From assembly GCF_026571515.1 (NCBI RefSeq), contig NW_026866079.1:1-64000 (forward strand): 64,000 nucleotides of DNA. Direction: 5' to 3'. Of the stretch, positions 13,139 through 24,769 are shown one piece after another; the first letter of the stretch is position 1; each line of letters starts with the position of its first letter. Source of the stretch: Ruditapes philippinarum (taxonomy: Eukaryota). The translations under genes were made by a program, and so were the position numbers. The notes beneath the pieces are model-generated. The model was not told where the DNA came from, searched no databases, and was given only the letters and a program-made list of their open reading frames with translations.

Positions 13139-15153
13139 AAATGCATGATACATGTTCTCCTCATGACCAAATTGAAAGTAAAATATACACTGTATACAAC
13201 ATCAGATGTGTCTCAATACACAATTATTTAACAATAGATCTACCTATCTGACTTTTGTCCAACAGGTTTTATTCAGATAGCAATAACTTATTATATGTGG
13301 TTCATGAACATGTCAACCAGCCAATACAGTCAAACTTGTCAACAAAGGCCACCAAGGGGAAAGTGTAAAAATGGTCTTTGTTCACAGTGATCTCTGTTCA
13401 GCAGATAATGAATAATGATTTTTTTTTTTAAATAATGGATACCAATTTTTTCAGTTATTAGTATATAAGACAAAAAATCACTATTTCTGCCAAAGGGACC
13501 AGAGATCTAGTTCGAGAGTTTGAGTTATACCAAGGTAGAACACAACATAAATTATATAGGAATTTTGATGGTAATGGTCAGTGAGTTCGAGCAAAAGGAG
13601 GAATTCAAGCAATCCAAGTTCGAGCAATCAGAGTTTGAGTGAAAAAAGTTTAACTGTAGTTCTGAAAGACTCGGCTGGTATCTCTTGAGAAATGTACAAG
13701 TTAAGAGTATACAGTCAAACAGAAGATCACCTCTGAATGAAGACCACTTTTAGAGAACCTTTTTATAGTTTAAGCAGAACAAAGTAACCTCGAAATGAAG
13801 GCCATTTGTCTGTTAAAGCCATTTGTTTGGTCTCTCTTTAGGAGGATCTTTGCTCAAAGGTATGAATGTATCTCTATAATTATACAGTGTAACCTGTGCA
13901 AAGCTTTCCTCTTCCAAGCTAATACCATTTTACAGTATTAAAACTCTCTTAACTAAGACTGAACACTTAATGTAATCTCTCTAGGGCAGCACCTCTCAAC
14001 AACAACCTAGATCTTTGTCTTTGAGAGGTCACCGTGTTGCTAGCAGAGGTTGTACTGTATTTTATATAAATCTCAATCACTTTTGAGATCACAAACTCAC
14101 CCTACCTATTATGCACCATATCTGAACTATTTGATCATAAATGTGTTTTTATTACTAGATCATCTCTCAGGTTTTTACATGCTCCAGTGATGACTTTATA
14201 AAGACTGACCTGAGTATATAACTGATAAGTCAATTTCCTCCCTCTACAATTATGTGACCCTAAAATTGTAAGTCTTATTAAGTCTTCCAATTAGTCCACC
14301 AAAAAAACATCATAAAACCATTATAACAATGTGAAGCTGAAAACAATGTTTAAAATACAAGTTGGGAAGGGAAGTCTTAATCATTCTGTTTTCAATGCAG
14401 TAACTGAATAATTTAAAACCACTTATATATCATTTTCTCAATACAGTTAATAATCCTCCAACTAGGTCAACATAAAGTTTAAACATTTACACACCGATAA
14501 ACTAGGGGAGATAACAATTAAAATTTTAAGCACTGTGGGATGAGAACAACTTTAAATTTCAAAAATCGGGACTTTATTTAAATTTTGAACAGTCAAAATA
14601 CTGACTGACAAACACAACACTAACATGCACACTATGCACTAATTATAAGCTAAATAAACAATTGATATCTATTCAGTTTAAACTCGTAACTTTGTGTTGT
14701 AACACAAGGAAGTAAATATCAATTTCAAATTCCACGTATCCAGTGAATATCAACAGCAAAATATTTTTACCTGTGAGACAATTTGAGGATTACAATTTCA
14801 AGGTACAATATTTTTTATTAAATATCTTAATGTCTACAAAAATGACTCTCTTATAAAGGAAACAAGACTGAGAATTATTATTTCATTATGCTTTTTTTTT
14901 TTTTTTTTAAAAAGAAGTTAAAATACATAATATATTTTGATACACAAAGTCATTGTATTATGCACTAAATTAATAGTTGTACTGTTGTTGGCTTGAATCA
15001 CAACACAATGTACCGTTTTATCATTTATTGTTTCTTTCTCAGTGGAATACTGCAAATAATACATTGAATTTTGCACAGGTTATCCTGACATTAACAAATA
15101 TAATATTAAAAAGCAGTAACAAATATTTCTTGTGGGAGAGCCACAATGTTATC

Positions 15154-15733
15154 GGGATACGGACAAAGTGACAAGGTGGACAAAAGCCCCCCCCCCACCA
15201 TGAACTTTACACGTAAGACAAAAGCACCCCCATCAAAAATACAGGTAGGACAAAAGCACCCCCCCCCCTCCCAGTCCATCAAACAATTGTTATTGAGAAT
15301 CTTGTCAGTAGTTTAAATCCAGAAACTTGATGTATTGAGACAAGTCAAAATCGGTATGTTTAATTTAACAAATAAATGCAACTGTTTTAAAAGATAATTT
15401 ACATTAAGATTTAAATTTAAAGGTACAAAAGTTCTAATTTGATTTATTGTGAAATTTGTATATATATTTCATCGATGATATGAATATTTTTATGTTTACT
15501 TTATTATATATTGTGCAGTACAAATGTAAATGAATATTTTCAGAGAATTGCTTATCAACACTTATCAAAGGAAATTAAAGTGAAAGGCGCATACTTGTTT
15601 AAATAAACCTTAGGGGGGCTTTTGTTTGATGGACTGGGAGGGGGGGGGCTTTTGTCCAACCTGTTTTTAATGGGGGGGGGGCTTTTTGTCCTATGTGTAA
15701 ATTTAATGGGGGGGGGGCTTTTGTCCCACACTC
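15154..15733. mobile_element. Mutator-like non-autonomous element
   Basis: 9-bp TSD aatgttatc on both sides; inverted termini built of repeated gacaaaagccccc motifs. Confidence 0.8.
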
Positions 15734-15749
15734 AATGTTATCACTTACT

Positions 15750-16711
15750 AAGAACTGTGTCCCCACTGACAACATATATATGGAATATAGTGAAAAAATC
15801 AACAAAGGGCCATAATTCTGTTAAATTTGGTCGCAGCAAAAAATCCTTCCTTTACTTCCATCTACACATTAAATGGACTCCACTGAGGTTTTTTGACATG
15901 ATGGGAATGAAAATATTTTTTCCAGATAAATGTACCATTTGGTGTAGGTTTAGACCACTAATCTTTGTGCAAAATTTCAAATCATTTGCGCACTTTGTTT
16001 TTCCAGAATAATTATTCAAATTGTAAAAAAAATGACCCAAAATGAAAAGCGTTTAAACACTTTTCACTCAAATCGGGCTAAGAAAAGCATAATAATACGA
16101 TTTTCAGTTTATTTCAAAGTATACATTTAACTATCTTTGCATGTATTTCTATTTAAAGTGCCCAAACTCATTGATGTAAGAAATTCAAATGTTATGTTTT
16201 TAGGCTTTTAAACCTCAGTGGAGTCCCTTTAAGGGTGTGCATCCCTGGAAGTTTAAGCAAAATCTGCAATCCGGTTTAAGAGGAGTTGCATTCACAAAAT
16301 TTCTATATGGTATATAGTGAAAAAATCAACAAAGGGCCATAATTCTATTAAATTTGGTCGCAGCAATAATTCCATCCTTAACTACCTGATCTACACATTA
16401 TGGTTGTTCATCCCTGGAAGTTTAAGCAAAATCTGCCATCCAGTTTAAAAGGAGTTGCGTTCACAAAATTTCTACATAGTATATAGTGAAAAAATCAACA
16501 AAGGGCCATAATTCTGTTAAATTTGGTCGCATCAAAAAATCCTTCCTTTACTACCATCTACACATTAAGGTTGATCATCCCTGGAAGTTTAAGCAAAATC
16601 TGCCATCCATTTTAAGAGGGGTTGTGTTCACCAGATTTCGGGACGGACAGACATACGGACGAACTGACAAGTGCAACGCTATATGCTCCCCACTTTGTTG
16701 GGGCATAAAAA
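15750..16711 (+). mobile_element. Non-autonomous element with internal tandem repeats
   Basis: Three units of atatagtgaaaaaatcaacaaagggccataattc; gacg microsatellite; 3' hairpin ccccac...tgggg then cataaaaa. Confidence 0.75.
15873..16228. mobile_element. TTAA-flanked TIR element (Kolobok-like), nested in the previous element
   Basis: ttaa|atggactccactgaggttt ... aaacctcagtggagtccct|ttaa; the uninterrupted host unit reads cacattaaggttg. Confidence 0.8.
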
Positions 16712-16832
16712 GGTCATAGAAGAAATTAGCAAGACTTTGCCATTGTTTCAATTCATATATGAATCTCAAGTTTTATGTATTTGACAAACATGCAATACAT
16801 AGTAATCTATCATATTACATTATAGGTAAAAC

Positions 16833-18584
16833 ATGGCGGTCTCAGGAAAGAAAGCATCAAAACAATTCTCGTCATCAACAACATCCATGGCATCAGATGA
16901 AGATCTTCAAGTTTACTGCCAGCCTTGTGACGAGGAAGGAACTAGACTCCCTGCCCATGGTTACTGTACTGACTGCAAGGAACACCTTTGCATGACATGC
17001 TTTAAAGCACATAAGATAAACAAGTTTACCAAAAAGCACACACTTCTTGATGCAACAAGTATGCCTAAAGTTTTGCAGCAACCCTCAACATCCATTCACA
17101 CAGGCCTGTCTGATGATTTGACTATGCCGTGTCCTAAACATCCAAAAGAAATGATCAAGTTTTACTGTAATGATCATACAGAATTTCTCTGTTGTGTTTG
17201 TGTTACCCTTGAACATCAAGCTACTTCCTGCAAAGTCAACTATATACCAGACATTTCTGGTGATATCATAGACAGCAAAGAATATCAAGTTATCTTGAAT
17301 ACATTAAATACCACTTCTGACAAATTTCAACAGATACTAAAAGATGTCAAGGACATGACACACAAATCAAACAGCTCTCTTAAAGATGCATTAGTTGACA
17401 TTAAAATGTTTCGGCAAGAAATCAACCAACGACTAGATGAACTTGAGAGACAGGCTGAAGATGCAGCGAAAGTCATAGAACAAGAAAATAACAAACATCT
17501 GAAAGCAGCAGAAACAACATGTGAGGAAGTTACCAAATCTCTTAAAATATCATCAGACAAAATCAAACAACTCAACACAACAAAACAAGCTGACAAACTC
17601 TTCATTGATTTAAAACTTTCACAGGAGACAATCAAGGATATGGATGAAAAACTACTAAAACTGTCATCATTTGATATCAAAGAGCACAACTTTCAATCAA
17701 ATGATGTAATATTAAATTTGATTAAAACAGAGAAGTCACTGGGTACATTGACACAGAAAACTTTAAATAAAGAATGTCAACCTGTACAAATAAAGTCTAG
17801 ACAATCTTCATATGAGGGAAAAATCTGTGTGAAGACATCAAAAGATAAAAACACATGCTGGATAACAGGAATGACTCTGCTGACTCCTGATCTTCTTATC
17901 ATCACTGACTGCAATAACAATGCTGTAAAGATGGTGGATACCAGCAGTCAATCTGTGTCTGATCAACTACAACTAGATGACAGATCATGGGATATCACAA
18001 GAGTAACCAGTACTGAACTTGCTGTCACACTTCCTAACAAACAAACAATACAATTTATATCAATCTCATCAAACAAACTCATAAAGAGGCACACTATAAA
18101 GGTTGGTGGAGAATGTCGTGGTATAGTCTGTTACCAAGGTAATCTTGTTGTGTCATTTTGTAACCCTACAAAACTTCAGACCCTTGATATGAATGACACT
18201 ATACTAACAACAATTGATGGAAAAAATATATTCAAAGATCCATGGTATATCATATGTAACAGAAGTTCCATCTATGTATCTGACTGTAAAAAGAAGACAG
18301 TAACAAGATTAAACTGGCAGGGTGATGTGATAGGTAGTTATAGTGGTATGAGTTACCCTACAGGAATGTCACTGTCAGATGATGGTACTGTCTTTGTGTG
18401 TGACTGGGAGAGAGGTGTTATAGAAGAGATATCAGGAGATTGTTCTACAGGAAAGGTGATGCTGCAGAATCTAAAAAGACCATGGGCTGTATGTTTGTGT
18501 AGAGAAACAAAGAAGCTGTATTATAGCTGTTATACTTTGGGTGAAAAATATGGCAACTACCTTCACATCTATAACCTGGCATAG
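16833..18584 (+). CDS. RING-less TRIM-like protein, 583 aa: two B-box zinc fingers, coiled coil, NHL-type beta-propeller; intronless CDS (copy 2, intact)
   Basis: CQPC...CTDCKEHLCMTCFKAH...H and CPKH...YCNDHTEFLCCVCVTLEH B-box patterns; helical heptad region; repeated blade motifs (PWYI..IYVSD, PTGMSLSDDGTVFVCD); splice acceptor ttatag|gtaaaacATG conserved in copies 1, 2 and 4. Confidence 0.92.
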   Translation: MAVSGKKASKQFSSSTTSMASDEDLQVYCQPCDEEGTRLPAHGYCTDCKEHLCMTCFKAHKINKFTKKHTLLDATSMPKVLQQPSTSIHTGLSDDLTMPCPKHPKEMIKFYCNDHTEFLCCVCVTLEHQATSCKVNYIPDISGDIIDSKEYQVILNTLNTTSDKFQQILKDVKDMTHKSNSSLKDALVDIKMFRQEINQRLDELERQAEDAAKVIEQENNKHLKAAETTCEEVTKSLKISSDKIKQLNTTKQADKLFIDLKLSQETIKDMDEKLLKLSSFDIKEHNFQSNDVILNLIKTEKSLGTLTQKTLNKECQPVQIKSRQSSYEGKICVKTSKDKNTCWITGMTLLTPDLLIITDCNNNAVKMVDTSSQSVSDQLQLDDRSWDITRVTSTELAVTLPNKQTIQFISISSNKLIKRHTIKVGGECRGIVCYQGNLVVSFCNPTKLQTLDMNDTILTTIDGKNIFKDPWYIICNRSSIYVSDCKKKTVTRLNWQGDVIGSYSGMSYPTGMSLSDDGTVFVCDWERGVIEEISGDCSTGKVMLQNLKRPWAVCLCRETKKLYYSCYTLGEKYGNYLHIYNLA

Positions 18585-19845
18585 ACTTGAGACTAAGTTA
18601 ATTAAACAATGTCAGTAGTTCTTAAATTCATCATTCATTCTTCTAAAACTGGTCTAAATGTGAAAGCATGATGAAAACTTAGCAAGATACTTTTATGCTG
18701 GAATTTTTTTTCATCTTTAAATGTTTAGTAAAATCTTATGTTATATGGATGAATGATTTAATCTATCCATTTGTTGTATAAGTCTTATAAATGGTTTGGT
18801 GAGAAACTAGGAGACTTCAATGGTGATGCTGAGAATACACTGAATAACAAAGGAACATAATGCAGTTATAAGGCTAATGACCAATATCTGTTAAAATGGG
18901 TCATAACTCCTAAAAATATTCCTTTCTAGTTAAGGTTGATGTTGAATTTTTCATAGCCTTTAAATCATTATAAACTAAGATTAATAATTTTCTATATTTC
19001 TATTTTATATAACAATATGATTTCTGGTGAGTTTTTTTATTTATTTATTTTTTTCATTTTTTTTATTTTATGTTATCTGTCCTGTTTCTACTCATATTTT
19101 GTACTATAAGCATTTGTAACAGTTACAATTATTCAGATTACATCAATAAAAGTCAGTACATGTATCAGGTGCTTGTTGTTGTACAAAATAAGTTAAAACA
19201 TAAGAATACTATATAGGTTAAAAAAAGGGACTGCATACTTATAGGAGATAAAATTGTAACGTAACTGTTTGATAAAAAATTTGTCTTTGTGTTAGACTCC
19301 ATTAGGAGAGAAATTATATTATACATGTATATGGAAGAGATACCAGGAGGCTGCTCTACAAGAAAAAGGTGTTGCAAATCTGTCAAGTTTTCCCTGATCT
19401 TAATGTTTATGTGGTGAAATGAAGAAGCTGTACACTACAGTTGTTGAAGTACATGGTGAAAATTTTGCAAACTTTGTTCATGTCTATAAAATGACAAGAC
19501 TTAACCCATGTTCAAACACTGTCAAAAGTTTATGATTTTTTAAATATTTAATTTGATTTAAAAACATTTAAACATTCATTATCCAGACTCTCAAACATGA
19601 TTTAGTCATACTTGAACACTTTTATGGTCATATGGCCACTGCTTGACAAGTGGAGTAAAACCACAGACATTCTGTTAATTAGCTGAACAAATACCTTGCC
19701 TATAGAAATACAAAATATTTGACAATATTTGAAACCATATCATCAAAGGTCAAGTGGTTTGAAGTCTGGACAACCTTAACTGCTCAACTGTCATTAGGAG
19801 GCTTTAAACTGAATATTTAGTTATTCAAATATTAATTTAAACAAT

Positions 19846-20088
19846 AAATGAGCCGCGTCACGACAAAACCAACATAATGGGTTTGCGACCAGCATGGATC
19901 CAGACCAGCCTGTGCATCCGCGCACTCTGATCAGGATCTATGCTGTTCGCTTACTAACCCTGTTACAAGTAGAGAAACTGATAGCGAACAGCATGGATCC
20001 TGATCAGACTGTGCGGATGCACAGGCTGATGTGGATCCATGCTGGTCGCAAACGCACTATGTTGGTTTTGACGTGACACGGCTCAAAT
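19846..20088. mobile_element. Nearly palindromic MITE
   Basis: tgagccgcgtcacgacaaaaccaacata...ttgcgaccagcatggatcca mirrored by tggatccatgctggtcgcaa...tatgttggttttgacgtgacacggctca; absent from the paralogous site near 37265. Confidence 0.85.
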
Positions 20089-20157
20089 AATGATTCTTAA
20101 ACATTAATTGCATTTCTTTTCACTGTGTGAAATTTTAATCAATTCATGTAATTTTTG

Positions 20158-20376
20158 TTTTGTTTGTTTGTTTCATTTTACGCCTTTTTCCCAACAGTAT
20201 TTCAGTCATATAGGCGGGTAGTTTCCTAACCATTGTTCCTGGAGAGTTACACCAGTACTAGACTACCTTCCTCCGCGCTAAACTACCAAAGCATCTCCTG
20301 GGGATCGAACCCACGCCAGAGAGGTAACTGGATTAGAGGTCATCGACTCTAACCCCTCGACCACGGAGGCGGTTAT
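20158..20376 (-). mobile_element. tRNA-derived SINE (family 2)
   Basis: A and B boxes on the reverse strand, (AAAC)n tail, TSD atgtwatttttg; empty site near 37330; homologous to 60837-61078. Confidence 0.88.
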
Positions 20377-21062
20377 ATGTTATTTTTGTAGTATATTAGC
20401 AAGAAGAAAATTCATTTCCCTGATTACTTAGTACCAATAATTGTTGTTTTGGGCATATATTTTGCATGATTATGTACTTTTCAGGGTGTAAGTCATCCAG
20501 CTTTTAGATTGACAGTCTGATACATACTTTTTTTACGTCACACTGATGCAGTATAGGTTATATGATGACATTTCAGCTTTACTGGTCAGTGGTGTAGGAA
20601 AACATCAGGTGCCCTTCTATGCATTATATCTTGCACCAATAGGCACCTTAGTAGAACCACTGACATTCTGCTAAAAGTAGCTGGATAACTTCCTCACACA
20701 AAATTATCCAAAGTCCCTACTGGGATTCGAACCAAAATCAGTCAGGGCCAAGTGGTTTAAAGTTAACAACCTAAACCACTAGACCATAGAGTCGCCCAAA
20801 ATGCATGATACATTTTCTCCTCATGACCAAATTGAAAGTAAAATATACACTGTATACAATGTCAGACGTGTCTCCATACACAATTATTTAACAATAGATC
20901 TACCTATCTGACTTTTGTCCAACAGGTTTTATTCAGATAGCAATATGAGGTTCATGAACATGTCAACCAGCAAGTTTTACTGCCTTTTTGTGTTCGATCA
21001 AAAAAAGTATGATTTTAATATACAGTCAAACTTGTCAACAAAGGCCACCAAGGGGAAAGTGT

Positions 21063-23596
21063 AACTAGAAATGTGTCATCATGCCACGGATGCCCCCGCA
21101 TGCAGCCAAAATTTCAGATGTTATAATATTTAGTTCCAAATTTGTTTGCACAAATTATTTTTTTCATTTTAAGTTCAAAGCCCTTAAAACTTTTCAATGT
21201 TAACACAAACCATTTTCATACAATGTTCAAGGCACTGAAATTATTCAGTCTTAACCTTTTAAAAATAGAATATTTCATATTTGTAGCCCAAAATAATGGC
21301 TTCATACATTTCCAAACTAGAAATGTGTCATCATGCCACGGATGCCCCCGCATGCAGCCAAAATTTCAGACGTTATAATATTTAGTTCCAAATTTGTTTG
21401 CACAAATTATTGTTTTCATTTTTAGTTCAAAGCCCTTAAAACTTTTCAATGTTAACACAAACCATTTTCATACAATGTTCAAGACACTGAAATTATTCAG
21501 TCTTAACCTTTTGAAAATAGCATATTTCATATTTGTAGCCAAAATAATGGCTACATACATTTCCATAAAAGTATGAGTGCTGAAACTGAAAGTTCAAAAT
21601 TTGTCCAATATTCAAGAAAGATAAGTTTGTCCAAAATCATTGAACCACGACCAAATTCAAACTTAAACTGCTTATTTCTAAGATGTATCTATATTATTTT
21701 CAAAGTGAAAGGGACATAACTCTGCCAAAAAATCATCGAACCATGACCAAATTCCAACTTGACCTGCCCATTCCTTTGACATACCCATATGTCAAATTTA
21801 AGTTGAATATGTAACAATGTTGGGTAGATAATGAACAGAAACTGTAAATTTCATATTATTTTCAAAGTGAAAGTATTACTCTGCCAAATATCATTGAACC
21901 ATGACCAAATTCGAACTTGGCCTGGGCATTCCAAAAACATATCCATATGTCAAATTTGAGTTGAATGTGTTGTACTGTTGGGGAGATAATAAACAGAAAC
22001 TGAAAATTTCATATTATTTTCAAAGTAAAAGGAGCATAACTCTGCCAAAAATCATCGAACCATGACCAAATTCGAACTTGACCTGTATTTTCTCATGACA
22101 CATCCATATGTCAAATTTGAGTTGAATGTGTTGTACCGTTGGGGAGATAATGAACGGAAACTGAAATTTTCATATTATTTTCAAAGTAAAAGGGGCATAA
22201 CTCTGCCAAAAATCATCGAACCATAACCGAATTCAAACTTGACCTGTATTTTCTCATGACATATCCATATGTCAAATTTGAGTTGAATGTGTTGTACCGT
22301 TGGGGAGATAATGAACGGAAACTGAAAATTTCATATTAGTTTCAAAGTAAAAGGGCATAACTCTGCCAAAAATCATTGAACCATGACAAAATTCAAACTT
22401 GACCTGTATTTTCTCACGACATATCCATATGTCAAATTTGAGTTGAATATGTGCAACCGTTACTAAGATAATGAACGGAAACTGATGATGACGGAATGAC
22501 AGAATGACGGAATGACAGAAGGACGGAAGGACGGAATGACGGAAGGACAGTACAGGGTAACACTATATGCCCCGGCCATTACATGGCGGGGGCATAAAAA
22601 GTATGAGTGCTAAAACTGAAAGTTCAAAATTTTTCCAACATTCAAGAAAGATAAGTTTGTCCAAAATCATTGAACCGCGACCAAATTCAAACATGAACTG
22701 CTTATTCCTAAGATGTATCTATATTATTTTCAAAGTGAAAGGGACATAACTCTGGCAAAAAATCATCGAACCATGACCAAATTCCAACTTGACCTGCCCA
22801 TTCCTTTGACATATCCATATGTCAAATTTGAGTTGAATATGTAACACAGTTGGGTAGATAATGAACAGAAACTGTAAATTTCATATTATTTTCAAAGTGA
22901 AAGAGGCATTACTCTGCCAAAAATCATTGAACCATGACCAAATTCAAACTTGGCCTGGGCATTCCAAAAACATATCCATATGTCAAATTTGAGTTGAATG
23001 TGTTTCACCGTTGGGGAAATAATAAACAGAAACTGAAAATTTCATATTATTTTCAAATTGAAAGGGGCATTACTCTGCTAAAAATCATTGAACCATGACC
23101 AAATTTGAACTTGCGCATTCCTTTGACGTATCAATATGTCAAGTTTGAATTGAATGTGTTGTACCGTTGGGGAGATAATGAACGGAAACTAAAAATTTCA
23201 TATTATTTTCAAAGTGAAAGGGGCATAACTCTGCCAAAAATCATCGAACCATGACCAAATTCGAACTTGACCTGTATTTCCCCATGACATATCTATATGT
23301 CAAGTTTGAGTTGAATGTGTTGTACCGTTGGGGAGATAATGAACGGAAACTGAAAATTTCATATTATTTTTAAGTAAAAGGGGCATAACTCTGCCAAAAA
23401 TCATCGAACCATGACCAAATTCGAACTTGACCTGTATTTTCTCAAGACATATCCATATGTCGAATTTGAGTTGAATGTGTGCAACCGTTACTAAGATAAT
23501 AAACGGAAAGTGATGATGACGGAATGACAGAATGACGGAAGGACGGAACAGGGTAACACTATATGCCCCGGCCATTACATGGCGGGGGCATAAAAA
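21063..23596 (+). mobile_element. Non-autonomous element with ~159-bp internal array, partly tandem-duplicated
   Basis: Inserted without TSD into the A-run of aagtgtaaaaatggtc (empty site near 13365); 252-bp 5' duplication; two copies of the gacggaat microsatellite and atgcccc...ggggcataaaa end. Confidence 0.85.
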
Positions 23597-24012
23597 TGGT
23601 CTTTGTTTAGAGTGATCTTTGTTCAGCGGAAAATGAATAATGATTTTTTTTCTAAATAATGGATACCAATATTTTCAATTGTTAGTATATAAGACAAAAA
23701 ATCACTATTTCTGCCAATGGGACCAGAGATCTAGTTCGAGAGTTTGAGTTATACCAAGGTAGAACACAACATAAATTATATAGGAACTTTGCTGGTAATG
23801 GTCAGTGAGTTCGAGCAAAAGGAGGAATTCAAACAATCTAAGTTCGAGCAATCAGAGAAAAGTTTCACTGTAGTTCTGAGAAGACTCGGCTGGTATCTCT
23901 TGAGAAATGTACAAGTTAAGAGTATACAGTCAAACAGAACATCATCTCTGAATGAAGACCACTTTTAGACAACCTTTTTATAGTTTAAGCAGAACAAAGT
24001 TACCTCGAAAGG

Positions 24013-24769
24013 AAAATTCTGGAAACAAAGTGATCCCTTGGAAGCATTAATCACAACAAAATTACATAAGAATTGCAGACTTGGTTTGATTGAGTCTGTA
24101 CATGAGAGATTATGAATAAGTGCAACACCCCTCACGCCCCCTAGCACTGGCTTAAGCGGTACTCAATTCTCAACACTTAATAGTGCTGGCATCAATGATC
24201 CCGAAGGACCAGAAAATATAACAACACTGAAGTGAAGTACGGGGCAACTTTTTACAGCTGCCACACGGCACTTGACACCTGCTGTTGTGAAGTACAAAAT
24301 TCTGGAAACAAAGTGATCCCTCGGAAGCATTAATCACAACAAAATTACATAAAAATTGCAGACTCGGTTTGATTGAGTCTGTACATGAGGGATTATGAAT
24401 AAGTGCAACATCCCTCACGCCCCTAGCACCGGCTTGAGCGGTACTCAATTCTCAACACTTAATAGTGCTGGCATCAATGATCCCGAAGGACCAGAAAAAT
24501 ATAACAACACTGAAGTGAAGTACGGGGCAACTTTTTACAGCTGCCACACGGCACTTGACACCTGCTGTTGTGAAGTACAAAATTCTGGAAACAAAGTGAT
24601 CCCTCGGAAGCATTAATCACAACAAAATTACATAAAAATTGCAGACTCGGTTTGATTGAGTCTGTACATGAGAGATTATGAATAAGTGCAACATCCCTCA
24701 CGCCCCCTAGCACCGGCTTGAGCAGTACTCAATTCTCAAAACTTAATAGTGCTGGCATCAATAATCCCG
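24013..24769 (-). mobile_element. Head-to-tail 283-bp structured repeat, 2.7 units (retrozyme-like)
   Basis: attctggaaacaaag at 24016, 24299 and 24582; absent from paralogous sites near 13795 and 38450; many hairpins on the minus strand. Confidence 0.8.

Noticed and set aside
24405-24480. Twister-ribozyme reading of the 283-nt unit (AUGCC/GGCGU stem, CUCAAGC loop, GAGGG)
   Set aside because: The conserved UAA at the cleavage site is UGA, the loop is one nt short, and the pairings are not kept in the 43.8-kb variant.
24299-24581. Hammerhead, HDV-like or pistol ribozyme
   Set aside because: No CUGANGA core; no room for an HDV P3/L3 or J4/2; no pistol GU junction. Judged by eye only.
24013-24769. 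CRISPR array or coding repeats (ORFs 24170-24448, 24395-24616, 24474-24713)
   Set aside because: No unique spacers, eukaryotic context, and the frames are broken by indels between units.
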